Below, piece after piece: positions 29,488-39,596 of a DNA stretch of 64,000 nt. The position numbers were made by a program, and so were the translations under genes. The notes under the pieces are model-generated. The model was not told the origin of the DNA. It saw only the letters and a list, made by a program, of their open reading frames with translations, and did no database searches. How positions within the stretch are numbered: position 1 is the stretch's first letter; every line of letters begins with the position of its first letter. This DNA comes from an uncultured SAR86 cluster bacterium (GTDB taxonomy: Bacteria > Pseudomonadota > Gammaproteobacteria > Magnimaribacterales > Magnimaribacteraceae). The stretch covers positions 41,993 to 105,992 of the forward strand of contig CALJVP010000006.1 of assembly GCA_937773605.1 (NCBI GenBank), in the 5' to 3' direction.

Positions 29488-31074
29488 CTACTTAACCTGT
29501 GGTTGAACAGTAAAGGTGTGATAGGGAGCAGGAGACTCTAAAGTCCATTCTAATCCTAGTTCTCCTGCACCTTCCCAAACTTCTGGTTTAGCTTTTTTAC
29601 CCGCTCTTATTGATTTGATAACAATAAAAACAAGTAAAAGCTGTGTTATTCCAAACAGGAAAGCCCCGACACTAATGATCATATTAAAATCAGCAAATTG
29701 TAAGGCATAGTCAGGATATCTTCTTGGCATCCCTGCAAGTCCTACGAAGTGCATCGGGAAGAAAGTTATGTTTACTGAGAAGAAAGTTAGCCAAAAATGT
29801 AATTGGCCTAAAGTTTCGTCATACATGTTGCCCGTCCATTTGGGTAGCCAATAATAGACTCCAGCTATAATTCCAAATAGCGCTCCTGGAACTAACACAT
29901 AATGAAAATGTGCAACCACAAAATAAGTATCATGGTATTGAAAGTCTGCCGGAACAATGGCAAGCATAAGTCCAGAAAAGCCTCCAATTGTAAACAAGGC
30001 AACAAAAGCTATAGCGAATAACATGGGAGTCTCAAAAGTTATGGACCCTCTGTACATCGTTGCTATCCAGTTAAATACTTTTACACCGGTTGGTATGGCT
30101 ATAAGCATAGTTGAATACATAAAGAACAACTCTCCTGCCAAAGGCATCCCCACTGTGAACATGTGGTGAGCCCAAACCACGAAGGAAAGAATTGCAATGG
30201 ATGACATTGCATAAACCATGGATGTGTATCCAAAAATTGGTTTTCTAGAGAAAGTCTCAATTATGTGAGAGGCTATTCCAAATGCTGGCAAAATCATTAT
30301 GTAAACCTCAGGATGTCCAAAGAACCAAAAAACGTGCTGAAATAGAACTGGGTCTCCGCCTCCGCCTGCATTAAAAAAACTTGTTCCAAAATTAATGTCC
30401 ATCAACATCATTGTCACAACTCCAGCCAATACCGGCATTACGGCAATTAGTAAATAGGCTGTGATGAGCCAACTCCACACAAAGAGTGGCATTTTCATCA
30501 ATGTCATTCCTGGAGCTCGCATATTAAATATGGTTGTTATGATATTTATTGAGCCCAATATCGAAGAAATCCCCATTATATGAACTGAGAATATAAAGAA
30601 ATTAACCGTCGAAGGTGCGTAGGTTGTAGACAAAGGTGCATAAAAAGTCCAACCAAAGTTTGGTCCTCCTTCTGGCATAAATAATGTGGATATTAATATC
30701 CCAAAAGCCATTGGTAGAAGCCAAAAACTTAGATTGTTGAGTCTTGGCAGGGCCATATCCGGAGCACCAATCTGCATTGGAAGCATCCAATTAGCCAAAC
30801 CAACGAACGCAGGCATAATGACGCCAAATACCATAATAAGGCCATGATTAGTGGTCATTTGATTAAAGAATTCAGGCTCCACTATCTGCAGTCCTGGTTG
30901 GAATAATTCTGCTCTAATTACCATCGCCATGGAGCCGCCAATGAATAACATTAGGCAGCTAAACCAAAGATAAAGAGTGCCTATATCTTTGTGGTTTGTT
31001 GTAAAAAGCCAGCGAGTTAATCCCTTTGCTGGTCCGTGATGTCCGTGATCGTGTGTTTCTACTACTGTACTCAT
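29488..31074 (-). CDS. coxA: Cytochrome c oxidase subunit I (aa3 type)
   Basis: 12-TM haem-copper oxidase with WFFGHPEVY and WAHHMFTVGM motifs, 528 aa. Confidence 0.97.
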   Translation of the reverse strand: MSTVVETHDHGHHGPAKGLTRWLFTTNHKDIGTLYLWFSCLMLFIGGSMAMVIRAELFQPGLQIVEPEFFNQMTTNHGLIMVFGVIMPAFVGLANWMLPMQIGAPDMALPRLNNLSFWLLPMAFGILISTLFMPEGGPNFGWTFYAPLSTTYAPSTVNFFIFSVHIMGISSILGSINIITTIFNMRAPGMTLMKMPLFVWSWLITAYLLIAVMPVLAGVVTMMLMDINFGTSFFNAGGGGDPVLFQHVFWFFGHPEVYIMILPAFGIASHIIETFSRKPIFGYTSMVYAMSSIAILSFVVWAHHMFTVGMPLAGELFFMYSTMLIAIPTGVKVFNWIATMYRGSITFETPMLFAIAFVALFTIGGFSGLMLAIVPADFQYHDTYFVVAHFHYVLVPGALFGIIAGVYYWLPKWTGNMYDETLGQLHFWLTFFSVNITFFPMHFVGLAGMPRRYPDYALQFADFNMIISVGAFLFGITQLLLVFIVIKSIRAGKKAKPEVWEGAGELGLEWTLESPAPYHTFTVQPQVK

Positions 31075-31087
31075 TAATTAAGCCTCG

Positions 31088-32236
31088 TTATAGTTCTGTT
31101 TTATTTTTATAAGCCACAATGTCTTGGGGTGTGACGATGACGCCATCACCATTCTCATCGTTAGACCATGCCTGTCTTGTGTAGGTGATTACCGCGGCAA
31201 TATCTACTTCGGAATAACCAGCATAAGATGCCATGGCCGCTCCTTGCACTCCTTCCATCAGGATCTCAATCTGTCTTGGTGCATCATTTAAAACAATCTG
31301 ACTTCCTGCCAGCGCTGGGAAAACAGGAGGTATTCCTTGCCCATTGACTTGATGACAGGCTACGCAGTTTGTTTGATAAAAAGTCTCCCCTCTTTCAAAT
31401 AATTCTTCTGTCGTCCACTCTTTAGAAGTTAAGAGCTTTTCTTGTTCTGCCAACATGACCCTTTCTACAACCCAGGCATCATATTCTTCTTGCTCAACAG
31501 CTCTTACCACCACCGGCATAAAGGCGTGTCTAATTCCACAAAGTTCAGTGCAATTGCCTCTGTATATTCCGGGCTCCGGAACGTTTGTCCAGGCTGTATT
31601 TATAAAGCCAGGTATCGCATCTTGTTTTACAGCAAAGTCTGGAACCCACCAAGAATGTATTACATCGTTTCCTGTTATTAAAAATCTGATTCTCTTATTG
31701 ATTGGTATAACAAGTGGCTCGTCTACTTCCTTCAAATAGAATTCACCTTTAGGCATCTGGCCATAGATTTGCTCTTGATCAGTAGACAGGTTGCTGAAAA
31801 AACTTATGTCATCTTCAAGATATTTGTAGTGCCACTTCCATTGGTGGCCAGTAACCATTATGTTGATGTCACCTTCGGCGTCATCATAGGCCTTAACCAT
31901 GACAGTGGTTGAAGGAATTGCAATAACCACTAAGATCAAAGTAGCGGCCACGGTCCAACCGATTTCTAACCAGAAGTGGTCATCAAAATCAGCGGCAACT
32001 GCTCCTTTGGATTTTCTGTACTTCCACAGGGACCAAAACATTATTCCAAAAACAACAACACCTATCCATACACAAACCCAAAAGATGAGCATGTGTAAAT
32101 CAAAAATTTCTCCGCTCACTTCGGTCACACCAAAAGGCATATTGTAGTCAGACTCTTCGCCCAGAAGCGTTGCCGGTAGGGTTAAAAAAATGATCTGGAA
32201 AAACTTAAAGGAAAACTTTCTTAAATAGGCCATCAT
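31088..32236 (-). CDS. coxB: Cytochrome c oxidase subunit II with fused C-terminal cytochrome c domain
   Basis: CuA site CTELCGIRHAFM. The C-terminal domain carries CVACHQ (CxxCH). Confidence 0.93.
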   Translation of the reverse strand: MMAYLRKFSFKFFQIIFLTLPATLLGEESDYNMPFGVTEVSGEIFDLHMLIFWVCVWIGVVVFGIMFWSLWKYRKSKGAVAADFDDHFWLEIGWTVAATLILVVIAIPSTTVMVKAYDDAEGDINIMVTGHQWKWHYKYLEDDISFFSNLSTDQEQIYGQMPKGEFYLKEVDEPLVIPINKRIRFLITGNDVIHSWWVPDFAVKQDAIPGFINTAWTNVPEPGIYRGNCTELCGIRHAFMPVVVRAVEQEEYDAWVVERVMLAEQEKLLTSKEWTTEELFERGETFYQTNCVACHQVNGQGIPPVFPALAGSQIVLNDAPRQIEILMEGVQGAAMASYAGYSEVDIAAVITYTRQAWSNDENGDGVIVTPQDIVAYKNKTEL

Positions 32237-32355
32237 TACCTTGTTTTTATTTTTTAGGTCAGCGCAGACGCGCGCATTTTATACCATGATGCCTGTCACA
32301 ACAACCTTATTTGCAGTTTTAAAAGGGATTCTAGATTTAGAATAAAGCCTTATTT

Positions 32356-33165
32356 TTATATTCTAAATATCTTCATGGCCTCTTCTGCATTAGGCTTTAA
32401 ACCCGTCCAAATTTTAAGGCTCAAGGCAGCCTGCCGAAACAGCATTCCCAGCCCATCATGAACTCTGGAAATATTATTTTTTATGGCCAATTCATTAAAT
32501 TCTGTAGTCTTCTCACCGTAACTCAAATCATAAGACCAAGGATTGAAATGGAATAAATTTTTTGGGTATATTAGCTCTTGCCCTAAAAGGCCAGCTGAAG
32601 TTGTGTTTATTAAACCATCGATTTCAAAGGGAACTTCGTCAATTAAGGATCCGTGAGAAACTTTAACTTTGTCATTATTGTAAATTTCAGCCAAATTTTT
32701 TGCTTTTGAAATTGTCCTATTTACGATGATCACTTCTTTTGGTTCAGCTTTTAACAGACTGGGTAATATTGCTTTAGAAGAACCGCCCGCTCCCAATACC
32801 ACAATATTTGAGCCTTTAACCTTTAAATCTTTAGAGATTAGGTCTTCCATTAACCCTGCGCCATCTGTGCTATCTGCACATAGCACGCCGCCCTCCTTCC
32901 AAAGTGTGTTAGCTGATCGGGCAGCAGAGCAAGTTTCAGTGTGTTTTTTTGCTACAGAAAATGCCTTTTCTTTTAAGGGTAATGTTACGTTTAAGCCGAT
33001 ATAGCCTTGAGAGAAGAGGCTGTTTAGCTTTTCTTCAAAATCTTGTATCTCTACTTCTACTGCGTCGTATTGAATGTCTAATCCAAGCGTTTCAGCAAAA
33101 ATACCGTGAATGGAAGGGGAAAGGGAGTGGCTTATTGGATTGCCAATGACAGCAAATTTTTTCAT
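32356..33165 (-). CDS. aroE: Shikimate dehydrogenase
   Basis: N-terminal VIGNPISHSLSP, LNVTLPLK and Rossmann VLGAGGSSKA motifs. Confidence 0.92.
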   Translation of the reverse strand: MKKFAVIGNPISHSLSPSIHGIFAETLGLDIQYDAVEVEIQDFEEKLNSLFSQGYIGLNVTLPLKEKAFSVAKKHTETCSAARSANTLWKEGGVLCADSTDGAGLMEDLISKDLKVKGSNIVVLGAGGSSKAILPSLLKAEPKEVIIVNRTISKAKNLAEIYNNDKVKVSHGSLIDEVPFEIDGLINTTSAGLLGQELIYPKNLFHFNPWSYDLSYGEKTTEFNELAIKNNISRVHDGLGMLFRQAALSLKIWTGLKPNAEEAMKIFRI

Positions 33166-33174
33166 TTTATTATC

Positions 33175-33708
33175 TTAGCTTCTTATAACTTCGCCTGTAA
33201 CTAAATCTTCAATTTTAGAAGGTTTATTCAAACCACCAAGTTCTCCCTGCATTACCTTAATTCCAGGAAATATTTCTTTAATTTCTTCTGGGCTCGAAGG
33301 CGTCTTGTCTCCTTCTTTATTTGCAGATGTGGAAACTATTGCACCGCCAAATTCATTGCAAATATTAACTGTTTCTTTGTGTTCGCTTAACCTCAATGCA
33401 ATTGTCTCTTTTCCTCCAGACAATAAAGGGCTTATTTGTAAAGCAGGGACAATCCATGTGTGTGGCCCGGGCCATTTTGACATTAGTTTGGTCTTGTTAA
33501 CCTCAACTTCTGCATACTTTTTGAAATGTAATAGCTCAGAGCCTATAAGTATAAAGCCCTTTCCTTTTGATCTTTTCTTCAAACTAATTAACTTTTTGAG
33601 AGCCTCTTCATTTGAGGGATCGCATCCGATTCCCCAAACTCCTTCGGTTGGGTAAGCGACAACCTCTCCGTCTTTTAGCGCAGCCACTATTGCACCCAGA
33701 CTGTACAT
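33175..33708 (-). CDS. tsaC: L-threonylcarbamoyladenylate synthase type 1 (YrdC/TsaC)
   Basis: YrdC-domain sequence (VVAYPTEGVWGIGCDP, TSANKEG), 177 aa. It is adjacent to aroE, as in many Gammaproteobacteria. Confidence 0.85.
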   Translation of the reverse strand: MYSLGAIVAALKDGEVVAYPTEGVWGIGCDPSNEEALKKLISLKKRSKGKGFILIGSELLHFKKYAEVEVNKTKLMSKWPGPHTWIVPALQISPLLSGGKETIALRLSEHKETVNICNEFGGAIVSTSANKEGDKTPSSPEEIKEIFPGIKVMQGELGGLNKPSKIEDLVTGEVIRS

Positions 33709-33719
33709 TTGAAACTATA

Positions 33720-34238
33720 TTAAGAGTTTAAGAGTTTCTTATTAGATTCTTTTATGGCTTCTTTTCCATCAGCCCTGACCTGGAGAAGAGAGTTTCTTAT
33801 GTCTTCAGATTCCACTCCAAGGATTTGTGCTGCTAAATAGGCAGAATTTACTGCTCCCGCAGAACCTATAGCAACGGTTGCAACAGGAATGCCTTTTGGC
33901 ATCTGGACAGTTGAAAGGAGGGCATCCATTCCACTCAAAGGACCGCCGTCCCCAGGCACCCCTATAACAGGAAGTACCGTTTTAGAAGCAACGGCTCCAG
34001 CAAGATGGGCTGCGAGTCCTGCCATAGCAATAAAGACTTTAGTCCCCCCGCTCTCACACTCATTTACATGGTTTTCTAGTAAATCAGGTGTCCTGTGCGC
34101 AGACAGCACTTGTATTGAATTGCTTATGGACAGAGAGTCTAAGGTTTCTGAACATTTATTTGCTAAATCAAGATCGGACTCAGAGCCTATTATTATAGAT
34201 ACAGTAGTTGACACATCTTTCTCCAAATTAAAGAGCAT
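33720..34238 (-). CDS. purE: N5-carboxyaminoimidazole ribonucleotide mutase
   Basis: IIIGSESDL, VLSAHRTPD and GLAAHLAGAVA motifs of PurE. No purK is adjacent. Confidence 0.9.
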   Translation of the reverse strand: MLFNLEKDVSTTVSIIIGSESDLDLANKCSETLDSLSISNSIQVLSAHRTPDLLENHVNECESGGTKVFIAMAGLAAHLAGAVASKTVLPVIGVPGDGGPLSGMDALLSTVQMPKGIPVATVAIGSAGAVNSAYLAAQILGVESEDIRNSLLQVRADGKEAIKESNKKLLNS

Positions 34239-34274
34239 ATTCTAATATAATCTGTGTGGTTAAAAAGAAATATC

Positions 34275-34790
34275 ATGCCAACACTAAAAATTCTTATATT
34301 TCCCGACCCAAGACTGAGGACTGTAGCAACAGCCGTTAGCTCGGTTGATGAAAAAATTAAAGCTCTAGTTGATAGCATGCTTGAAACTATGTACGAAGGC
34401 AAAGGCATTGGCCTTGCAGCAACCCAAGTTAATGTTCATAAAAGAATAATCGTAATTGACGTTAGTGAAGAAAAAAACAAACCCCTTGTTTTAATAAATC
34501 CACTACTTGAAGAAATAATAGAACCAGAAAAAATGCCCTATTCTGAGGGCTGCCTCTCAGTACCGGGTTTTTATGAAGAGCTTGAGAGACCTTCTAAAGT
34601 TAAAATAAAAGCTACCGGCCTAGACAATAAAAGTTTTAGTTTGGAAGCAGAAGGCATTTTATCAGTAGTCATTCAACATGAAATGGACCATCTTGATGGC
34701 AAGATTTTTGTGGACTACCTAACTAACCTTAAAAGAGAAATAATAAGAAAAAAATTATTAAAGCAAAAAAAATTAGGCGTTTCTGGTTAA
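34275..34790 (+). CDS. def: Peptide deformylase
   Basis: [14 protein letters not shown] and HEMDHL motifs. The ATG at 34275 ([14 protein letters not shown]) is preferred over the upstream start in the ORF track. Confidence 0.95.
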   Translation: MPTLKILIFPDPRLRTVATAVSSVDEKIKALVDSMLETMYEGKGIGLAATQVNVHKRIIVIDVSEEKNKPLVLINPLLEEIIEPEKMPYSEGCLSVPGFYEELERPSKVKIKATGLDNKSFSLEAEGILSVVIQHEMDHLDGKIFVDYLTNLKREIIRKKLLKQKKLGVSG

Positions 34791-35731
34791 TGAAAATTAT
34801 ATTTGCTGGCACACCCAAATTCGCTTCCGAACATCTTTCTATACTGTTAGGGGGAGAACATGAAATAGTTGCCGTGCTTACTCAGCCGGATAGAAAATCA
34901 GGAAGGGGTAAAAAAATCTCTTTCTCAGAGGTTAAAGAGATTGCGTTAGAAAATGATTTAAAAGTTCTTCAACCGGCTTCTTTAAAAGACGTGGAAATAC
35001 AAAAAAGTATTAATAATTTAAAGCCAGATATTATTCTTGTTGTTGCTTATGGATTGTTAATTCCCAAAACTGTTTTAGACATACCTAAATTAGGGTGTAT
35101 TAATATTCACGCGTCCCTTCTTCCTAGGTGGCGTGGCGCCTCTCCAATAGAAAGCTGTATTGCAGCCGGAGACTCTGAATCAGGAATAACAATGATGAAA
35201 ATGAGCGAAGGCCTGGATGAAGGTCCTATATTGAAGAAGTTCGTATGCCATTTAGATGAAAAAGAAACCCTGGAAACACTTGAGAAGAAGTTTATTGGAA
35301 TGAGCTCTGAAAACCTTTTGCAGTTCTTAAAAGACTACGAAAACAAGAAAATTTCTGAAGTTGTTCAACCTACGACAGGGTCTACTTATGCAAATAAAAT
35401 TGACAACACTTTCAAGCGAATTAATTGGGCCGGTCAAACAGCAGGCGAGATTGAAAATAAGATTAGAGCATTAAATCCTAAATACGGTGCTTTTACTTAC
35501 CTGGGTGAAGAAAGAATAAAATTATTTAGCGCTTCACCTAAAAAAAATAACAGTTCCGTTGAGCCAGGTCTGATTCTTATTAATAAAGAAGGGTCCTTGG
35601 AAGTCGGATGCAAGGATAGCAGCCTTCTTGAAATTGAAACATTACAAATGCCTGGAAAAAGAATTATTTCTTCGAAAGAGTTTGTTAGGGGTTACAAATC
35701 AACACTTTCTAAAAATTTAAAATTTTCGTAA
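34790..35731 (+). CDS. fmt: Methionyl-tRNA formyltransferase
   Basis: IIFAGTP N-terminus and HASLLPRWRGASPI motif. The start shares one nucleotide with the def stop (TAATG). Confidence 0.95.
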   Translation: MKIIFAGTPKFASEHLSILLGGEHEIVAVLTQPDRKSGRGKKISFSEVKEIALENDLKVLQPASLKDVEIQKSINNLKPDIILVVAYGLLIPKTVLDIPKLGCINIHASLLPRWRGASPIESCIAAGDSESGITMMKMSEGLDEGPILKKFVCHLDEKETLETLEKKFIGMSSENLLQFLKDYENKKISEVVQPTTGSTYANKIDNTFKRINWAGQTAGEIENKIRALNPKYGAFTYLGEERIKLFSASPKKNNSSVEPGLILINKEGSLEVGCKDSSLLEIETLQMPGKRIISSKEFVRGYKSTLSKNLKFS

Positions 35732-35817
35732 CTAAAGCCCTAGAAGTTGTATTTAAAATTTTAAATAGGTCTATAATCTGTAAGAATATAATTTAAGATC
35801 TAGAAGAAAAAAAACTG

Positions 35818-37185
35818 GTGAAAATAGTTATTCTTGGGGCTGGTGCAGTTGGAAGCACCCTTGCGGCATTGCTGTCTGAAGAAAATGATATTGTAATAGT
35901 TGATAACAAATCTATTCCCTTAAACCGCTTAGAAGAAGAGGCAGATCTTAAAACCATTCTGGGCAGCTGTTCATATCCGAATGTTTTGGTTAAAGCAGAT
36001 ATAGCAAATGCTGATATGGTCGTGGCTGTTACTGGAAGTGACGAAACAAACATAGTTTCTTGCATGATTGCAAAAGTGCTCAACGGTTCAATTAAAACCA
36101 TTGCAAGAGTTCGGGAAGCTTCTTACTTAAGGGGAAAAACAAAAGAAGCCATGGATTCTGGTTTAATTCCTGTTGATATTCATGTAAGCCCAGAACAATT
36201 AATAACAGATCAAATTCAAGGTTTAATAGACATTCCTGGCTCTCTTCAAGTCCTTGAATTTGGAACAGGTCAACTCAATTTAGTTGCGGTTAGAGCAGTT
36301 AAAGGCGGTCCCATGATAGGGCACGAGATTGGCGACTTGAAAGATCATATGCCAAAAGTGGACACCAGGGTGGCTGCTATATTCAGAAAAGGGGAATCAA
36401 TTATTCCAACGGGCTCAACCAGCATTGAAGCAGATGATGAGGTCTTCTTTATCTCAAAAAAAGGAGAGGCCACAAATGTAATTAATGAAATGCGCACCAA
36501 AGAGGACCCCTATAAGAACGTCATTATTGCAGGCGGAGGAAAAATAGGCAGCAGGCTGGCAAAAGCTACGCAAGGCAATCATAACGTAAAAATAATTGAG
36601 GCAGACTCAGAGAGAGCAAGAACTATTTCTGAAAAGCTGGCCTCCACAGTAGTTCTTGAAGGCAGTGTGAGCGATAAATCCCTTCTCCATGATGAAAACA
36701 TAGAAAATACAGACGTTTTTGCTGCCGTTACAAATGATGATGAGGCAAATGTTATGTCCTGTCTTTTAGCAAAAGAAATGGGGGCTCACAAAGTCATAGC
36801 GCTTATTAACAACCCAGCATATGTTGATTTGGTTCAAGGAAGAGGCATCGATATAGCAATCGCACCTTCACAAATAACAATTGGAACATTTTTAGCAGAA
36901 ATAGAGGGGCAAGACGTCGTAAAAGTTCATTCCTTAAGAAGAGGGGCGGCAGAGGCAATAGAAGCAATTGCTAAAGAATCCCCTTCTGGCAAGGAAAGTT
37001 GCATTGGAAAGGAGCTTGGAGAAATTAGTTTACCTGAGGGGGTCACTATAGGGGCATTGATAAGAGGACATAAAGGGAAAATAGCACATGATCACGTACA
37101 TTTAAGGGAGAACGATCATGTTATAGTCTTTTTAACGAATAAGAAGCACCTTAAAGAAGTTAAAAGTATTTTTTCTCCTAAATAA
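35818..37185 (+). CDS. trkA: Trk potassium uptake system, NAD-binding peripheral subunit TrkA
   Basis: Two tandem RCK/KTN halves, each with a Rossmann motif (ILGAGAVG and IAGGGKIG). 455 aa, GTG start. Confidence 0.92.
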   Translation: MKIVILGAGAVGSTLAALLSEENDIVIVDNKSIPLNRLEEEADLKTILGSCSYPNVLVKADIANADMVVAVTGSDETNIVSCMIAKVLNGSIKTIARVREASYLRGKTKEAMDSGLIPVDIHVSPEQLITDQIQGLIDIPGSLQVLEFGTGQLNLVAVRAVKGGPMIGHEIGDLKDHMPKVDTRVAAIFRKGESIIPTGSTSIEADDEVFFISKKGEATNVINEMRTKEDPYKNVIIAGGGKIGSRLAKATQGNHNVKIIEADSERARTISEKLASTVVLEGSVSDKSLLHDENIENTDVFAAVTNDDEANVMSCLLAKEMGAHKVIALINNPAYVDLVQGRGIDIAIAPSQITIGTFLAEIEGQDVVKVHSLRRGAAEAIEAIAKESPSGKESCIGKELGEISLPEGVTIGALIRGHKGKIAHDHVHLRENDHVIVFLTNKKHLKEVKSIFSPK

Positions 37186-37190
37186 AAATT

Positions 37191-38648
37191 ATGCGGCTTC
37201 CTTATACAACAAGAATTCTGGGTGCCCTTTTAATGTTCTTTAGCATAGCTCAAGTTTTACCTGGGTTTGTAGCCTATTTTTTTGATGAAGAGACTCTTAT
37301 ACCTATATTCCTGTACTCAGGGTTTTTTACATTTTTCATAGGTTTCTCTCTTTTTTTAGCAGCAAGTAGTCATAAAGAAGACCTTAGAACTAAAGATGGT
37401 TTTATCATTACAGTTTTTTTCTGGACTGTTTTGGGGTTTTTTGGATCTGTTCCGTTCTATTTAGCGAATTTAGAAGACATTAGTTACATAGACTCTCTGT
37501 TTGAGTCTATATCAGGCTTAACAACTACAGGTGCTACGGTCTTCGTGGGTCTTGATGAAATGGACAAGTCCATCTTATTTTACAGGCAATTCCTTCAGTG
37601 GCTTGGCGGTATGGGTATTATAGTTTTAGCGGTTGCGGTGCTTCCTTTGTTGGGCGTAGGAGGAATGCAGCTTTACAAAGCCGAAACTCCTGGCCCCCTA
37701 AAAGATGCAAAACTTACTCCAAGAATAACTGAAACTGCAAAAGCTCTTTGGTACGTCTACTTAACCATGACCGTCATATGCTCTCTTTTATATAAATACT
37801 TTGGTATGAGCTGGTTTGATGCGGTTTGCCATGCCTTTTCGACTATATCTATAGGAGGGTTTTCGACCCATGATGATAGTTTTTCTTTCTTTCAAGAATC
37901 TTCTCTAAGGTGGACGGCCGTTGTCTTTATGTTAATAGCAGGTATTAATTTTGCTCTTCATTACGTTGCATGGACTAAAAAGAGACTTTTACACTACTTT
38001 TATGACACTGAGGTAAAATTTTATCTTTCCATATTACTAGTTATTTTTAGTTTAACGATTTTTGCCTTAGCACGAAGTGATATTAATTTTGACAGTAATA
38101 CTAATATTGTTGTGGAGAGCGCCTTTCAGGTTGTTTCTATTGCCACAACAACAGGTTTCTTAACTTCAGATTATTCTTCATGGCCCTTGTTTGTACCTTT
38201 TTTACTGCTATCTGGGGGCTTTATTGGGGCATGCGCAGGCTCGACCGGAGGAGGCATCAAGGTTATAAGGGCAGCTATTCTTTTAAGACAGGGAACAGGA
38301 GAAATAACTAAATTAATACATCCCAATGCTGTTGTTGCGATAAAATTGGGATCCAGGCCAATAAATTCAAGGGTTGCAGAGTCTGTATGGGGCTTCTTTT
38401 CTATCTATGTTCTTGTTTTTATAGTGCTTTTAATGATTATGCTTTCCCAAAATAATGACTTTATCACTTCATTTTCTGCTGTGGGCGCCACTTTAAACAA
38501 CCTGGGGCCTGGGCTCGGAGATGTATCTGAAAACTACAAGGGCCTTAACGATGTCTCTAAACTCGGACTTTGTATGGCAATGCTACTTGGAAGACTTGAA
38601 ATACTTACTTTGTTAGTTGTATTTACCCCTTCTTTTTGGAGAAATTAG
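37191..38648 (+). CDS. trkH: Trk potassium uptake system membrane subunit TrkH
   Basis: Polytopic protein of 485 aa with SGLTTTGATV and TTTGF selectivity-filter-like repeats. Confidence 0.92.
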   Translation: MRLPYTTRILGALLMFFSIAQVLPGFVAYFFDEETLIPIFLYSGFFTFFIGFSLFLAASSHKEDLRTKDGFIITVFFWTVLGFFGSVPFYLANLEDISYIDSLFESISGLTTTGATVFVGLDEMDKSILFYRQFLQWLGGMGIIVLAVAVLPLLGVGGMQLYKAETPGPLKDAKLTPRITETAKALWYVYLTMTVICSLLYKYFGMSWFDAVCHAFSTISIGGFSTHDDSFSFFQESSLRWTAVVFMLIAGINFALHYVAWTKKRLLHYFYDTEVKFYLSILLVIFSLTIFALARSDINFDSNTNIVVESAFQVVSIATTTGFLTSDYSSWPLFVPFLLLSGGFIGACAGSTGGGIKVIRAAILLRQGTGEITKLIHPNAVVAIKLGSRPINSRVAESVWGFFSIYVLVFIVLLMIMLSQNNDFITSFSAVGATLNNLGPGLGDVSENYKGLNDVSKLGLCMAMLLGRLEILTLLVVFTPSFWRN

Positions 38649-38664
38649 TCCTTAAAAGCAACAA

Positions 38665-39543
38665 ATGTCGTTTTTTATAACAAAAATTATACAATTTTTC
38701 TTATTCATAGCAGGATTAGTGCCAATAAGGGCTATTTTTGTACTTTCTAGGTGGGCAATATTTAGTTCTTTTATTAAGATGAAAGACTTATCAAAGACAA
38801 CAAGCGCCAACCTAAGGCTTGCGTTTCCTGAATTAGATGAAAAAGAAACACAAAACTTAACAAAAAAAAGCCTCCTTGAGACCCTGAGAATTGCTAGCGA
38901 GTTAGGACTGGCCTGGTCAAGACTTCCTGGAAATAGTCTTTTGAAATACATAGATGTAAAGGGCCTTGATAATGTCTTTCATAGTTTAGATAAAAAAAAG
39001 GGCCTTATTTTGTTTACACCCCATTTATCTAACATAGAAATAATGCTTAATAGCATATCTAAAGAGCTCTCTTGCATGGCTCTTTATACGCCATCAAAAA
39101 ATCTATATATGGATCAAGTTATGCTAGCAGCCAGAAGTAAAATGGGGGCTGAAATGGTTGAGCCAAATATGGCTGGAGTAAAGTCTATGTTGAATAAGTT
39201 AAAGCAAGGAGGGGTTGTTTTGATAGCAAGTGATCAAGTTCCTAATTTAGAAGGAGGATTGCTTTCTAAATTCTTTTCAACTCCCGCCCTCACGATGACT
39301 TTAGTTTCTAAATTAAAATTAAAAACAGGAGCTCCGTGCCATTCTGTTTACTGCTTAAGGAAGCCATGCGGAAAAGGGTTCGAAGTAATTTACAGCCATG
39401 AGATTGAGGGCATGGATTTAGATATGCAATCCAGCGTGGATCGCATGAACGAAGAGTTAGAAAAATGTATAATGAACGCACCGGAACAATATGCTTGGGA
39501 ATATAAAAGGTATAAGCATTCTGGATTAAAAGACATATATTAA
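38665..39543 (+). CDS. lpxL: Lipid A biosynthesis lauroyl/late acyltransferase (LpxL/HtrB family)
   Basis: 292 aa with an N-terminal TM, LPGNSLLKYIDVKGLDN and FTPHLSNIE region typical of HtrB-type acyltransferases. Confidence 0.75.
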   Translation: MSFFITKIIQFFLFIAGLVPIRAIFVLSRWAIFSSFIKMKDLSKTTSANLRLAFPELDEKETQNLTKKSLLETLRIASELGLAWSRLPGNSLLKYIDVKGLDNVFHSLDKKKGLILFTPHLSNIEIMLNSISKELSCMALYTPSKNLYMDQVMLAARSKMGAEMVEPNMAGVKSMLNKLKQGGVVLIASDQVPNLEGGLLSKFFSTPALTMTLVSKLKLKTGAPCHSVYCLRKPCGKGFEVIYSHEIEGMDLDMQSSVDRMNEELEKCIMNAPEQYAWEYKRYKHSGLKDIY

Positions 39544-39596
39544 ATGGTTTTAATTGAAAGTAAGTACTTACTATATAAAAAGAAAGAGAGGGTAAA

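Noticed and set aside
32335-32368. A perfect 10-bp inverted repeat ATTTAGAATA / TATTCTAAAT with a 14-nt loop at the 3' end of aroE, considered as a terminator or operator upstream of coxB.
   Set aside because: The stem is almost entirely A/T and therefore very weak. One arm is aroE coding sequence, and no U-tract follows on the aroE transcript. Such palindromes arise easily by chance in AT-rich DNA.
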